From positions 1-5,579 of the forward strand of contig JAWDMD010000029.1 in NCBI GenBank assembly GCA_046536775.1: a DNA stretch of 5,579 bases, given 5' to 3'. The translations under genes and the position numbers were made by a program. Below the pieces are notes generated by a model. The model was not told the origin of the DNA. It made no database searches and saw only the letters and a list, made by a program, of their open reading frames with translations. This document shows positions 4,811-5,579 of the stretch, piece by piece. This DNA is from Candidatus Nanopusillus sp. GTDB lineage: Archaea > Nanobdellota > Nanobdellia > Nanobdellales > Nanobdellaceae. Position 1 is the first letter of the stretch, and every line of letters begins with the position of its first letter.

Positions 4811-5579
4811 TTATGAAAAATCGTATCCAAAAAAATCTTTAGAAAGTTTAGGTTTATTTAGAAAAAAATGTAAAATTTGTGGTAGATATTTTTGGACTTT
4901 TGATAAAGATAGAGAGATATGTGGAGATCATGAAAATTATGGTTTTATAAATAATCCTGTCGGAAAAAAACTAAAATATAAGGAAGTATGGAAAAATTTT
5001 TCAGAATATTTAAATAAAAGAGGTTATGAAATAATAAATAGATATCCTGTTGTAGCAAGATGGAGAGATGATATAGATTTTGTAATTGCATCAATTGCAG
5101 ATTTTCAGCCATGGGTTGTAGAAGGATATACAGAACCACCTTCAAAAAAATTAACTGTTCCTCAATTTTGTTTAAGGTTTAATGATGTAAGAAATGTTGG
5201 ATTGACTGGAAGGCATTTTACTGGTTTTGTAATGATTGGACAACATGCATTTGTAAAACCTGAAGAATATGATATAAATCAATATTTTTTAGATCTATAT
5301 TATTGGTTTGAGAATAATAATTTTCCAATGAATGAATTTATATTTCATGAAGATAAATGGGAAGGTGGTGGAAATGGTGGTACATCAATTGAATTCTTTA
5401 TAAGGGGTTTAGAGGTTGCGAACCAAGTATATATGCAATATAAAATCATTAATGATGAATGGATAGAATTAGATAAATTAAAAGTTTTAGATATGGGAAT
5501 GGGTCAGGAAAGGGTTGCATGGATTGCAAATGGTACTAGTACATCATATGATGTTGTATTTCCAAATACAATAAAATTT
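4800..5579 (+). CDS. alaS: Alanine--tRNA ligase, archaeal type, N-terminal 260 codons (3' end beyond the window)
   Basis: The frame is open from 4791 to the window end with no stop. I translated it by hand because it is not in the ORF track. Translation from GTG 4800 gives [44 protein letters not shown]...[11 protein letters not shown]...DFQPWV...[30 protein letters not shown]...WEGGGNGG...[14 protein letters not shown]...[15 protein letters not shown].YD. This is collinear with archaeal AlaRS catalytic-domain blocks. GTG 4800 puts 23 residues before the first Cys, as in Sulfolobus and Pyrococcus enzymes as I recall them. The first in-frame ATG appears only at codon 145. Confidence 0.85.
   Translation, partial: [260 protein letters not shown]

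Noticed and set aside
4813-4842. ATG 4813 as the alaS start, with programmed -1 frameshifting on A-AAA-AAT
   Set aside because: The ATG frame terminates after 9 codons. GTG 4800 in the AlaRS frame gives an N-terminus of the expected length, with a conserved-looking Tyr, without invoking recoding. I see no downstream stimulatory structure. It is kept only as a check for a homopolymer indel.
4945-5145. 66-aa minus-strand ORF inside alaS
   Set aside because: Antisense shadow of the AlaRS catalytic-domain coding sequence, which is collinear with known AlaRS on the plus strand.
5452-5458. AUGAUGA C-box-like heptamer, a possible C/D box sRNA
   Set aside because: It lies inside the alaS coding frame (encoding N-D-E). 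There is no CUGA D box at an appropriate distance, no terminal stem, and no C'/D' elements.
1-5579. Search for tRNA genes, split tRNA halves, rRNA, CRISPR repeats and mobile elements
   Set aside because: No GC-rich island stands out from the AT-rich background, as structured RNAs do in such genomes. There are no regularly spaced direct repeats, and no terminal inverted repeats, transposase-like ORFs or integrase-like ORFs. All intergenic gaps are 95 nt or shorter.

Overview
This is a very AT-rich window, roughly 25% GC by eye. About 95% of it is coding: only 266 of 5579 nt lie outside the ORFs called here. The gene content is archaeal housekeeping. I call seven protein genes. They are taw3 (-), a small membrane-anchored protein with a possible LEA_2/WHy-like ectodomain (+), archaeal dnaG (-), and class V fructose-1,6-bisphosphate aldolase/phosphatase (+). 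The remaining three are ribosomal stalk protein P1 (+), a COG1340-type archaeal coiled-coil protein (+), and the first 260 codons of archaeal-type alaS (+). The alaS fragment is absent from the supplied ORF track because it starts at GTG and runs off the right edge. Genes are packed very tightly. Two divergent start codons sit 5 bp apart, two convergent genes share a 4-nt stop overlap, and one tandem pair overlaps by 11 nt. The composition, compaction and crenarchaeal-like protein sequences suggest a reduced, probably thermophilic archaeon, and my guess is Nanoarchaeota/DPANN-like. That is inference and cannot be confirmed here. I see no rRNA, tRNA, CRISPR array, transposase, integrase or recognisable defence genes, and no GC-rich island that would betray a structured RNA in this AT-rich background. 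I do not see a convincing novel multi-gene system. There are four leads worth following. First, the FBP aldolase/phosphatase carries substitutions at positions I remember as invariant active-site residues. Second, the conserved but uncharacterised coiled-coil gene sits between P1 and alaS and overlaps alaS. Third, the small membrane protein is uncharacterised. Fourth, the head-to-head gene arrangement forces promoters into coding sequence. All homology statements come from remembered family motifs, and no search was run.
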